This document shows positions 44,595 to 53,217 of a DNA stretch of 64,000 nt, piece after piece (positions within the stretch are counted from its first letter, which is position 1; each line of letters starts with the position of its first letter). Both the position numbers and the translations under genes were made by a program. Where the stretch lies: the sequence record OL656110.1; one strand, written 5' to 3'. This stretch comes from Escherichia phage vB_EcoM-RPN242. The notes below the pieces were generated by a model that saw only the letters and a list, made by a program, of their open reading frames with translations, did no database searches and was not told the origin of the DNA.

Positions 44595-46796
44595 TTAGAT
44601 TTTGATTTCTTTCTCTGTCAGTTCGGCAGTGACCTTGTACTTCACGCCATCCACTTCAACTTCCATGGTGGACTCTTCCAGGTCGAGGTCGGTGAACCAG
44701 CCGTGGCCAGCAACGATACCATACACCACTTTAGACAGTGTCTTGTTCAGGGCACGGACTTCGGTGATGGCCGCCTTGGCAGCAGCGTCGATCCAGTTTT
44801 CGATCAGCTGTTTCTGTAAGGCTTCAGGCACGGCAGTGATCATAGGAGACTTCACGAATGCTTCGTACTCTTTCAGAGCATTGGCGATGAACAAGTCACC
44901 AGCATTGAGTTTCTTGTTCTCTGCGATCTTCTTCTGTACTGCCGCGATGCTCGGTAGTGAAGACGCCCCGGCGATCTTCACGTTCAGCTCACGGCTCATG
45001 TAGAAGTCGGTAGACTCTTTGGTCTCAGTCTTCGGTGAGAAGCCGTAATCGCGGATGCCGTAGGAGGACAGGAACTCGGCCGCCTCAGCGCCGTACTGTA
45101 CTGCCAGGCCTTTGGCGTTACCCTTACCAACCAGGGCGTCTCGATAGAACTTCAGCACCTTCTGCTTGCCTTTCAGGGCTTCCAGACGGACATTATCCGC
45201 AAAGAACTGAGCAGCACTGATGTTCTTGACCATGGCGCGGTTGACCAGCGGTACGCTTTCCAGGTTCAGGACAAACACTTCCGGACCACCAAACACGTGG
45301 ACGCCCATTTCGATCAGCTTCTGTACAACTTCGATATCAGCCTTGAACGGCAGAGTCTTCACGTTAATGATACCGTCTTTGACGATGGTGTAGTTGCGCC
45401 ACTGGAAAGTATCCAGTTCTTCAGGCAGGCCAAACTTCTTCTGTGCGAATTCAGGCACAGCCACAGTACCGTGTTGAATTGTACGCACACTGATGTTCGG
45501 GCGCTCGGAGTTATAGACCAAATCACTGATTGGCACAACACCCAGATCGTTGGTAGGTTCGAACGTCGGGTTCCACTCTTCGTGCTCTGCCAGCTTGAGA
45601 GCCAGGGCTTTACGCTCTTCTTTGGACTGAGCATTCGCGATCTGTTCTGCCAGCTTGTCTTCGGTGTCGTCGGTTTTCTGCACAGTACCGCGCCCGATGC
45701 TCTTGTAGGAGAACATCGGATGCTTGGTAGCAACAGGCACACCAGCTTCAGCCAGGTACGTCAGAACATCAACGACGGTCGTCGCATCTTCGGCCGGAAC
45801 CAGGTCATAGTCAATACCGTCAACGCCGCGCAGCTGGTCATCAACGATGGCCTGGGTCAGATCGTTCTTGATGTTGGAGTAGTCCTGCTTGGTGAAGCAG
45901 TTGCTGTACTGTTTGATGAAGCGAACGTCGCCCGTCTTCTTCAGCGCAGCCCAAACCAGATCTGCGTCCATAGTGTGTACGCCGTAGAACGCCAGCACGT
46001 ATGCCGCCTGGATGTCCGCCAGGCTATCCATCTGGTCGATCATGTTAGGGTTTACAACCCACAGCTTGGTGACGCTCTCAGGGATGCTCACGTGGCCGAT
46101 AGGATGGTCTTCATCCGGCTGTACCGCCAGAACAGTTGCTACGCCGTTTTCAACATAGATAGCGTGGGTGTATAGCAGAGGCACATCAACAACCACCTTC
46201 GGTACTGATGACTTCAGCACGTTTTCCAGTTCGGTCTGGTATTCGGTCTGACCTTCGGCAAACACGTGAGTAGCACCAGAGCGTTCGGCCATCTGCGTCA
46301 GCAGTTCACGGTTACAGTGCCAGCCGTATTCGATAAATGTAATGTTATCGAAAGCAAATGGCAGGGTCTCAGCAACCAGTAGAATTTCGTTGGTACGCCA
46401 GCAGTTGTCATACCCGTCAGTCATGAACGCCAGGTTGTTGACGTAGCCAGGTTTCTTCAGGTCACGCGCAGTATCCATCGCCAGTTTCAATGGCTCAACG
46501 AATCCAGTACATCCGGACGGTTGCAGGAAGCGATCGATCAGTTTGTTCAGCTCGCTCAGGTCAGACGCAGCACCAACCTGGCGGCCAGCGAACACAGTGC
46601 CAAAGTCGCCTTTGGATGAGAAGTATAGAACACTTACAGTGTCTTCCGGTTTCACCAGGGAAGGCAGGTTCTCCTTCAGGTGCTTGCGGACTTCAGGAAG
46701 CGCACGGTACATAGAGCCGGAAATGTCTACAACGATTACATGGTTGGACGGAGCAGCAGTCGCAACCGCATTCTTAAATTCTAATGATTCAATCAT
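44595..46796 (-). CDS. large von Willebrand factor A (MIDAS) domain protein
   Basis: 733 aa from ATG 46796 (MIESLEFKN...); N-terminal vWA motifs HVIVVDISGSM (DxSxS) and FMTDGYDN; about 550 aa of unassigned C-terminal sequence. Confidence 0.65.
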   Translation of the reverse strand: MIESLEFKNAVATAAPSNHVIVVDISGSMYRALPEVRKHLKENLPSLVKPEDTVSVLYFSSKGDFGTVFAGRQVGAASDLSELNKLIDRFLQPSGCTGFVEPLKLAMDTARDLKKPGYVNNLAFMTDGYDNCWRTNEILLVAETLPFAFDNITFIEYGWHCNRELLTQMAERSGATHVFAEGQTEYQTELENVLKSSVPKVVVDVPLLYTHAIYVENGVATVLAVQPDEDHPIGHVSIPESVTKLWVVNPNMIDQMDSLADIQAAYVLAFYGVHTMDADLVWAALKKTGDVRFIKQYSNCFTKQDYSNIKNDLTQAIVDDQLRGVDGIDYDLVPAEDATTVVDVLTYLAEAGVPVATKHPMFSYKSIGRGTVQKTDDTEDKLAEQIANAQSKEERKALALKLAEHEEWNPTFEPTNDLGVVPISDLVYNSERPNISVRTIQHGTVAVPEFAQKKFGLPEELDTFQWRNYTIVKDGIINVKTLPFKADIEVVQKLIEMGVHVFGGPEVFVLNLESVPLVNRAMVKNISAAQFFADNVRLEALKGKQKVLKFYRDALVGKGNAKGLAVQYGAEAAEFLSSYGIRDYGFSPKTETKESTDFYMSRELNVKIAGASSLPSIAAVQKKIAENKKLNAGDLFIANALKEYEAFVKSPMITAVPEALQKQLIENWIDAAAKAAITEVRALNKTLSKVVYGIVAGHGWFTDLDLEESTMEVEVDGVKYKVTAELTEKEIKI

Positions 46797-47004
46797 TGTT
46801 CTCTTCGCCTTGTGCGTAAGGGTTAAGTTCAGACTCATCAGCGGCTTCGATGCGCGTCTTTACAGAGTCCAGCATATTGTTGATAAACTCACGAGACTGC
46901 TCCAGCTGAGCCAAGAGCACATCCTTTGGAGCATAGTTCTGAATGCAAGCCGGAATACTTTCAGACGTCGCCTTCAGGTCGGTAAAACATTCTTTCAGTA
47001 TCAT
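46789..47004 (-). CDS. hypothetical protein (71 aa)
   Basis: Complete ORF with ATG start; overlaps vWA gene start by 8 nt. Confidence 0.45.
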   Translation of the reverse strand: MILKECFTDLKATSESIPACIQNYAPKDVLLAQLEQSREFINNMLDSVKTRIEAADESELNPYAQGEENND

Positions 47005-47086
47005 TTGATCTCACTTAACAGAGACGACACCCTGTTGGGATTTAATAGCGGTCTTCACGCGCCAGGGGTGATAGAATCACCGTAGA

Positions 47087-47320
47087 TCAGGCCGATGTGC
47101 TCATCCAACAGGAAGTGCCCAGTTTCAAAGATCTCCCACAGGCGCTGGATAGAGCCAACCGCTTCTGAACGTCTGATGATTTGATGTGAGCATCAATCAC
47201 CACGTTCTGAACATGGCCGATAGGGATACCAGATTTTTGAATCTTGATATGTTCCTCACCACCTGGGAAGGTGAAGTGTTTGTAGAACACATCTTGGTCG
47301 TTCAATTTCAAACGAAACAT
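47087..47320 (-). CDS. hypothetical protein; reading frame appears to continue in another frame
   Basis: 77-aa ORF with ATG start; after about residue 47 a protein-like continuation (RSEAVGSIQRLWEIFETGHFLLDEHIGLIYGDSITPGA) exists in a different frame ending near 47055. Confidence 0.4.
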   Translation of the reverse strand: MFRLKLNDQDVFYKHFTFPGGEEHIKIQKSGIPIGHVQNVVIDAHIKSSDVQKRLALSSACGRSLKLGTSCWMSTSA

Positions 47321-47428
47321 AATGTAACCTCATGGTGTATTGTACAGCCGTATTATACTGTGATGTACAAATTGAAACGCCCAGCATTTACGCTGGACGT
47401 TATTGATATTGAAAAGGTTTTGACAAAC

Positions 47429-47662
47429 TCAGGATTTGGAGGAAGCGCCCTTCCATGTCTGACGTTTGTAGTGGGAAGCCATGGCCATCGACCCGGCGTA
47501 TTGCGTTTCACCCCTGACCACCACAGCCACAACCAGCTTATGTCGTAACAGGAAGTCCAGACCTGACTTAGACGGGATATCGCCAATGCTCAGTGGACCA
47601 CGATTGTACAGGGCATACATGGTGTCAAGCGCCGCCCCGGTAAAGATAATCTCTTTAGACAT
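47429..47662 (-). CDS. hypothetical protein (77 aa)
   Basis: Start at internal ATG 47662 (MSKEIIF...). Confidence 0.4.
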   Translation of the reverse strand: MSKEIIFTGAALDTMYALYNRGPLSIGDIPSKSGLDFLLRHKLVVAVVVRGETQYAGSMAMASHYKRQTWKGASSKS

Positions 47663-47669
47663 GGCGGTC

Positions 47670-47975
47670 TCACTTAAACGAGTCAACGATGGATGTAAGA
47701 ATTTCGGGGGTGGGTTTGGCGTCTTGTGGTTCACGGAAACCCACCTTTGCGATGCGGCCCAAGACATTGTACACTTCGCGCGGAAGGGTGTCTACGACCG
47801 TGTCCGACATGAACGCCACGTCTTCTTGGATGGCGTTGTATTCGGCCAGTTTAGCCAGTTCTGATTCTACCAGGGACTTCAGCTTTTGCAATGGGTCGTT
47901 GCAATAGTTGAGACGGTTGCAGTTGGTGAGCGCCTGAGTTAGATTCTCAAACGCTTCTTGTATTTCCTTTGACAT
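47670..47975 (-). CDS. hypothetical protein (101 aa)
   Basis: Start at ATG 47975 (MSKEIQEAF...). Confidence 0.45.
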   Translation of the reverse strand: MSKEIQEAFENLTQALTNCNRLNYCNDPLQKLKSLVESELAKLAEYNAIQEDVAFMSDTVVDTLPREVYNVLGRIAKVGFREPQDAKPTPEILTSIVDSFK

Positions 47976-48357
47976 TGATATGTGCCTCGTATTGTTGACA
48001 GACAACAACTACTTTACGGCACATGTCGATATCGAACAAGCCAATATGACACTCACGCTTCTTTATCCCCAGCTTATGCGCCAGCCAACTATAAGCGTCG
48101 CTCCTGCTCCTCTCTCCGCTTTTCCACAATGGGTCAAACGATCTATGGGCTTCCTGCTTAGCAGCACGGAGAGCGGCATTCGCCATCCTTCCCAAAGGTT
48201 GTCTGCCGTCGCCATGGGTATGGCAACCGACACGGGCATCACATGGAGTGCACACCCAGAACTTCAGATTGCGGAGGTCAGGGCGATGAGGGTAGAGAAC
48301 ATCACCACCGACGAATTCGGCTGGGAGGCCGCAGTAATCACAAATGACAGGTTTCAT
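47947..48357 (-). CDS. zinc-ribbon protein (DUF3268-like)
   Basis: Start at ATG 48357 (MKPVICDYCGLPAEFVGG...); second Cys cluster CTPCDARVGCH. Confidence 0.5.
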   Translation of the reverse strand: MKPVICDYCGLPAEFVGGDVLYPHRPDLRNLKFWVCTPCDARVGCHTHGDGRQPLGRMANAALRAAKQEAHRSFDPLWKSGERSRSDAYSWLAHKLGIKKRECHIGLFDIDMCRKVVVVCQQYEAHINVKGNTRSV

Positions 48358-48417
48358 ATTCTTTGTCCAAAAGAAACCCCGCACATGGCGGGGTTGCTCA
48401 GGCTGAGGTCAGACAGA

Positions 48418-48789
48418 TTATTTCAGGAGTGCTTCCAGTTCTTCAACAGATTTGCTTTCCAGCTCTTGCTGTTTCTTACGTTGGATCAGCTCCAGGATAA
48501 CCTGGTTGTTCGCCTTACGCTCTGCCGCTTCTCTGCTGTCGTCACGTTCTTTCAGCTTAACGCCGATGATGTGCTTGACAACGTCGAAGCGCAGCTGCAG
48601 TTCGGAGTCAACGTTGCTTTTGGTACCAATGAAATCTTCTTCATCGGTTTCTGCTGCTTTCACCTGACGGCTCAGACCTTTCGCCATTTCGTTCAGGGCA
48701 GTCAGGCTCAGGTCCCAGACCTGCTCAACAGACAGCAGACCTTTGTTAGACTCGAAGCGCAGTTTCATACGGGTTGCTTTATCAAACAT
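48418..48789 (-). CDS. hypothetical coiled-coil protein (123 aa)
   Basis: Complete ORF with ATG start; charged helical C-terminus. Confidence 0.5.
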   Translation of the reverse strand: MFDKATRMKLRFESNKGLLSVEQVWDLSLTALNEMAKGLSRQVKAAETDEEDFIGTKSNVDSELQLRFDVVKHIIGVKLKERDDSREAAERKANNQVILELIQRKKQQELESKSVEELEALLK

Positions 48790-48833
48790 TTTACTATCCT
48801 CAATGATGAATGGGTTACAATTTCAAATCAGGT

Positions 48834-50852
48834 TTAGAACACAACTTTCACAGTGCGGTTGAACGAACCGCTCACCTTCACGAACACGTGGTTGCGTTGG
48901 GTGGTAGAGAAGCCCAGACCGGACAGCTGCTCAGTGCTTGGCTGTACTTTAATCTTACCACCTAACATTTCAAAAACCTTGCGGTGTTTATCAAGTTCCG
49001 GCTTCAGATATTCGTTATAGAAACCACGGGTGCCGACAGGGTTAGCACAACCTTCCAGGATGAAGAACACGTGCTTGTTGCCAGTCTGCTCGCCGTCCCA
49101 ATGGTTTGGTGAGTTCAGAACCAGCTGTACCTTCTGGAAGACGGAGGTCTTGATGCCCCAGATTTCCTGAGAGCGAGCGTCGTCTTTCAGGGTAGAACTG
49201 ATGTCAACCACCTGACCAGCGCGAACCTGAACCACAACAGCCAACGTGCGATCTTTGTTGCCCAGGCCAGGGTGTGAGAAGCGCTTAGTCTGGCCTTTGT
49301 ATTCAACTTCGATTTCGAAACCAACGTCACAGGTTTCACGCTTGTTGAAGTTGGTGACATAGAACTCATAATTCCCGTCACGCAACTTGCGTTCATCGCT
49401 AAAGAAGATGTTCTCCACCGGACGGCGGTTTGGATCAATGCCGTCCATACCGTTCATGTCGATGTCCAGAGTTGCGCCAGTTGTCGAACGACGGTTGCGA
49501 AAATATACGTGGTTGTGAAGAGGATCGTTCATGCTCAGATCCAGGTCGTCGTTGTTATGCCAAGCCAGTGACACGCGGAGGAAGCTGTCGACATTGCCGC
49601 CTGCGGTCTTCACGCGCTCTTTGATGGAGTCGGCCACTTCGCCATTGTACGACCAGCTGAAGCCGTTGTTCCACTTGAACAGGTTAGGAGCGCCTGCGGT
49701 AGCCGGAGCGATCAGGGACATCAGGTTGCCAATGTGAGAGTTTTCGACCAGCACTTCTAGGGAATGCGCCTTTGGCAACACGTTGGTCAGGAAGTCGTCG
49801 ATCGTGATCTCTTCAACCTTGTCCAGGGACTTTGTCGGAGTCTTCACTTCAGACGCCAGCTGAGCAAACGGGTCCATCTTCTTCTGAGCTGCCAGATCGG
49901 CGAACAGAACGTTGTTGATGGTCAGATCGTCATACACGGCATAACGGCGACCCAGTGAATCAGTCAGACCCAGCGCTTCGACTTCTTTCTGCGCGTTTTC
50001 AATCATCGACTTCGTGACCAGCGCGGTTGGGCGCTTGTAGTTCGTCGGAGCGACTTTGGCTTCAAAGGACTTCACGGCGGTTTCCAGATCCCGGCCTTCA
50101 TTGAGGTCTACCAGCAGAGAGCCAATCACGGTATTACGAATGCCGTGAGGGGTATGACCGTTTGCACGGTAGCCAGTGCGCCAAGCCCACAGAGCGCGTT
50201 TCTCTTCTGCAGTTTGTTCGTACAGGGTCTTGTTCACCACGAACGCCTGCACTGCCGCTTTGTGCTCTTCACCGCGATACAGAGAATTCTGGTCGATCAA
50301 TTCCAGAACGATTTCAGCCGATTCCAGAGACAGTTCACGCAGGCCGCGCTCAAACACTTCAATCGCCTGGCGGATTTCACCCTTCTTAGAAGCGATGGTA
50401 TCTGCCCGCAGAACATAGCTGCTCAGCAGGTCGGTGTGGAAGTGGTTGTAGGTGCGGACAATACCGTCTTTCATTTCGTGATTCGACCCAACACCAACTT
50501 TCTTGGTGTCGTTGAAGTACACGTCGACGATTGCGTGCTGCTTAACATATGCTGACAGCGCCGCAGCGACAACGTCGTATTCGTTACCCAACTGAATGTT
50601 ATCCCAGATAGAGATCACGTTCAGGTCGGAGTCGATGGTGACCACACCGCCGATGTTACGGATGAATTGTTTACAGCAGGTGCAGTCGTGCTCGGTACGC
50701 TCACGATAAAGCGGGTTAGTGCCAGCAGGGAAAGAAGACAGATACAGATCCCACAGAGCATCTTTATCGATGTTGGTCATGAACAGACCAGTTGCTGACA
50801 TGGCCCGCACGTTATTGTTGACAGCTACTGCGAAGGACTTAAAATCTGACAT
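48834..50852 (-). CDS. large hypothetical protein (672 aa) with N-terminal Cys cluster
   Basis: ATG start with AGGAAGATTACATC leader; HDCTCCKQF near N-terminus; no Walker or polymerase motifs recognised. Confidence 0.7.
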   Translation of the reverse strand: MSDFKSFAVAVNNNVRAMSATGLFMTNIDKDALWDLYLSSFPAGTNPLYRERTEHDCTCCKQFIRNIGGVVTIDSDLNVISIWDNIQLGNEYDVVAAALSAYVKQHAIVDVYFNDTKKVGVGSNHEMKDGIVRTYNHFHTDLLSSYVLRADTIASKKGEIRQAIEVFERGLRELSLESAEIVLELIDQNSLYRGEEHKAAVQAFVVNKTLYEQTAEEKRALWAWRTGYRANGHTPHGIRNTVIGSLLVDLNEGRDLETAVKSFEAKVAPTNYKRPTALVTKSMIENAQKEVEALGLTDSLGRRYAVYDDLTINNVLFADLAAQKKMDPFAQLASEVKTPTKSLDKVEEITIDDFLTNVLPKAHSLEVLVENSHIGNLMSLIAPATAGAPNLFKWNNGFSWSYNGEVADSIKERVKTAGGNVDSFLRVSLAWHNNDDLDLSMNDPLHNHVYFRNRRSTTGATLDIDMNGMDGIDPNRRPVENIFFSDERKLRDGNYEFYVTNFNKRETCDVGFEIEVEYKGQTKRFSHPGLGNKDRTLAVVVQVRAGQVVDISSTLKDDARSQEIWGIKTSVFQKVQLVLNSPNHWDGEQTGNKHVFFILEGCANPVGTRGFYNEYLKPELDKHRKVFEMLGGKIKVQPSTEQLSGLGFSTTQRNHVFVKVSGSFNRTVKVVF

Positions 50853-50966
50853 GATGTAATCTTCCTGTTTCAGTTCAAATGTGCGCCCCGTTTGCCAGGG
50901 CGCTTCGTTTAAGTGAGGTCAGTATACGCTGGATTGAGTTATTGAAGAACGAAGTAAAGGGAATCT
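50853..50966 (-). promoter_or_regulatory. intergenic cassette C (degenerate copy): TTTACTTCGTTCTTCAATA ... TATACT plus leader hairpin
   Basis: Minus strand carries CCCTTTACTTCGTTCTTCAATAACTCAATCCAGCGTATACT (TATACT = 50921..50926) and leader hairpin gcgccc-cgtttgcca-gggcgc (50883..50903); -35/-10 spacing is non-canonical. Confidence 0.35.
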
Positions 50967-51955
50967 TTATTCAGAAGAACCATATCGTTCTGTCCATTTA
51001 GGACATTTCAAAGGTTCCCACCCTCTATTGAAACGTTCGATAATGCTGTTTGTCGCATTAAAAGCCTTCAGGTCTTTTGTTCTGTACACATGCATGAGGG
51101 CTTCCGCTCTTTTCATTGTTTTTATTGCTTCAAGGAATTTATCAGCTTTTGACCAATACGCATCATTGTCGGGGTTCCATTTACCCTTCTCCCAAGGCAT
51201 CTTAGCCAACATGCCTTTCTGAGCGTTTTCTTTCTGTTTGGCGCGTTGCTCTGGTGTGAATGAGTTGGTTAAGTCCTTCCCATAATTGGGATTGAGTTCC
51301 CCAAGTTTAGCTTTACTGGCACGTTCAGAAAATTGTTCTAAATCTATGTTGGCGCGGCGTTTCTCTAAAACCCGCCTTTTATATTCAGGATCAGAAGCCA
51401 TCCTTTCATGGATTTTCATCAATCCTTTGGTAATTTTCTTGACTTGCTCTGGGGTTCTCTTATATCCATATTGGGGATTATTCTTTCCTCTTCTCCCATA
51501 CATTGGGTTGTTTGCCCCGACGCATTTGGAGACACCCTTTGTGAGTTTGGATATTCTTTGTCCAAATTCTTTCCTTAACTTTTCGTAAAGGTGAGAATTA
51601 AATTTTATACCCGTTGGTGTATACCTACCCCCACGGCTCATCAAAAGAACAGCATATACCATATCAGAATTCGGGAAAGCCAAGGCCAAGCATACATGGA
51701 CAAGATAATGTTGTCTGCCTGTTAATCGAACCAAATTTATCTTATCTTTAGAATATTCAGGGAACATGCTCTTGGGAAGGATGTGGTGCAATTCAGTGTA
51801 GTCACCATCAGAATATTTGAAAGATTGAACCATCATCAAATACTTCTTGATGAAATGCGGTTTACCGCCTTTAGAAATCAATAATTCGTAAAACATAACA
51901 GGAACTCCAAATGAAAGTTCCTGTTATAATATACTTTCTTAACTCACAAAGTAAG
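50860..51955 (-). mobile_element. free-standing homing-endonuclease insertion (candidate mobile element)
   Basis: AT-rich island holding only the HNH gene, inserted between two conserved-looking genes and bounded by intergenic AT-rich sequence on both sides. Confidence 0.45.
50967..51896 (-). CDS. HNH homing endonuclease with NUMOD-like repeats
   Basis: 309 aa; HNH core ELHHILPKS ... N ... H; repeated NPMYGRRGKNNPQYG and NPNYGK motifs; ATG start with GGAG RBS. Confidence 0.75.
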   Translation of the reverse strand: MFYELLISKGGKPHFIKKYLMMVQSFKYSDGDYTELHHILPKSMFPEYSKDKINLVRLTGRQHYLVHVCLALAFPNSDMVYAVLLMSRGGRYTPTGIKFNSHLYEKLRKEFGQRISKLTKGVSKCVGANNPMYGRRGKNNPQYGYKRTPEQVKKITKGLMKIHERMASDPEYKRRVLEKRRANIDLEQFSERASKAKLGELNPNYGKDLTNSFTPEQRAKQKENAQKGMLAKMPWEKGKWNPDNDAYWSKADKFLEAIKTMKRAEALMHVYRTKDLKAFNATNSIIERFNRGWEPLKCPKWTERYGSSE

Positions 51956-53149
51956 TTACTTTTTAAATAAATTTAGTAGGTTTTTAGAACCAGATGTCGC
52001 TTTAGGTTGTCCTTCCCCATCGTATCCAACCTTCCCGCGCGGTTTTTTACCTTGCTGTACAGCCTCTACACAACGGGTATATTTCTGAAGTTCACAAAAC
52101 ATATTTTCTCCTGCCATTATATTTAAATGGCGATCCCAAGGCTCTTCCACAGACCAAAATTCTTCCCTGTTATACCCAAGAGGACCATAAACTGCGTCCT
52201 GGTTGTCCCGTAGCCAGAAGATGCATTCTTCGTGGGTCATACCGTCTTTGTTCAGGAACAGCAGATCAATACCTGCGCGACAGCCTGGTCCAGCAACCGT
52301 GAAGTGGTTCTCACTGAAAGGATATTCAGGAATGTAAGTGAAGTCTACCCAGATCTGATAGGCCAGGAATGGACCAAGCCCTTCGATGTCGTCATACATG
52401 CGCTGGTATACTTCCAAAGGAGTACCAAGGCGCAGCAGGTCATGGAAATAATTTGGATACTTGTTGACGAATGCCTTCAGGGAGCGGATGACACGCATTG
52501 GCATGTACGGTTCCCAACCTTCGATGGTGTAGAAGTCCGGCTCTGCTTCGGCTATCGCCTTGGCTTCTTTATAATCCATGTTCTGGGTTGAACCGTCTTT
52601 ACAGATCAGATTCACCATCATCCCACCGAAGCGCTGCTCCTTGTGGTTGACAACCATCTCAGGGAAAGCCAGGCATTGCTTCAGGCCGCCCGTGTTGAAG
52701 GCATTGGTGAATACCTTACCGCCGTCGGCCTCGAACTTCTGAAGTCGTTCGCGGGTTGCATCGAGGTTGATCTCGGCGAATTCTTTGATCGTCATCGCGC
52801 CGCCGATAGCCTGGATTGGATCCCAGAGGTTGAACATGCGGAACATCACGCAGTTGAACATCTTGTCGGCCATACCCAGAGCATCGTTGTTGACAATGTT
52901 GTTGATCAGGTTGAGAGACTGCCTGTCGTGCTCTCTCCGGACATTACAGAACTTGACCTGCCGTAGTATGGGATTATCAGTCCAAGGAGCAGGAAGGCGC
53001 TGGACGTCCTTCTTGACGTGGATCTGATAACGATCGCGCATCCATTCGTAAGACAGGCGGGTATGGGTCGGACTGAGAACCGGTTTGGCCGACTTTATCT
53101 TTTCTTCACGGACACCGCAGTACGGGACGTCTAGGGCTTTATCTTTCAT
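51956..53149 (-). CDS. hypothetical enzyme-sized protein (397 aa)
   Basis: ATG start with AAGAGGATACC leader; no motif recognised. Confidence 0.65.
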   Translation of the reverse strand: MKDKALDVPYCGVREEKIKSAKPVLSPTHTRLSYEWMRDRYQIHVKKDVQRLPAPWTDNPILRQVKFCNVRREHDRQSLNLINNIVNNDALGMADKMFNCVMFRMFNLWDPIQAIGGAMTIKEFAEINLDATRERLQKFEADGGKVFTNAFNTGGLKQCLAFPEMVVNHKEQRFGGMMVNLICKDGSTQNMDYKEAKAIAEAEPDFYTIEGWEPYMPMRVIRSLKAFVNKYPNYFHDLLRLGTPLEVYQRMYDDIEGLGPFLAYQIWVDFTYIPEYPFSENHFTVAGPGCRAGIDLLFLNKDGMTHEECIFWLRDNQDAVYGPLGYNREEFWSVEEPWDRHLNIMAGENMFCELQKYTRCVEAVQQGKKPRGKVGYDGEGQPKATSGSKNLLNLFKK

Positions 53150-53217
53150 GGTATCCTCTTAGAATACGAAAACAGAGGCCATTATAGCCTCTGTTGTTTA
53201 GTGAATAACTGTATATC

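Noticed and set aside
48834-50852. The 672-aa and 906-aa (26120..28840) proteins as candidates for the missing DNA polymerase, ligase or topoisomerase
   Set aside because: No DxxSLYPS/YGDTDS polymerase motifs, no KxDGxR ligase motif and no Walker A were found in either; left as hypothetical.
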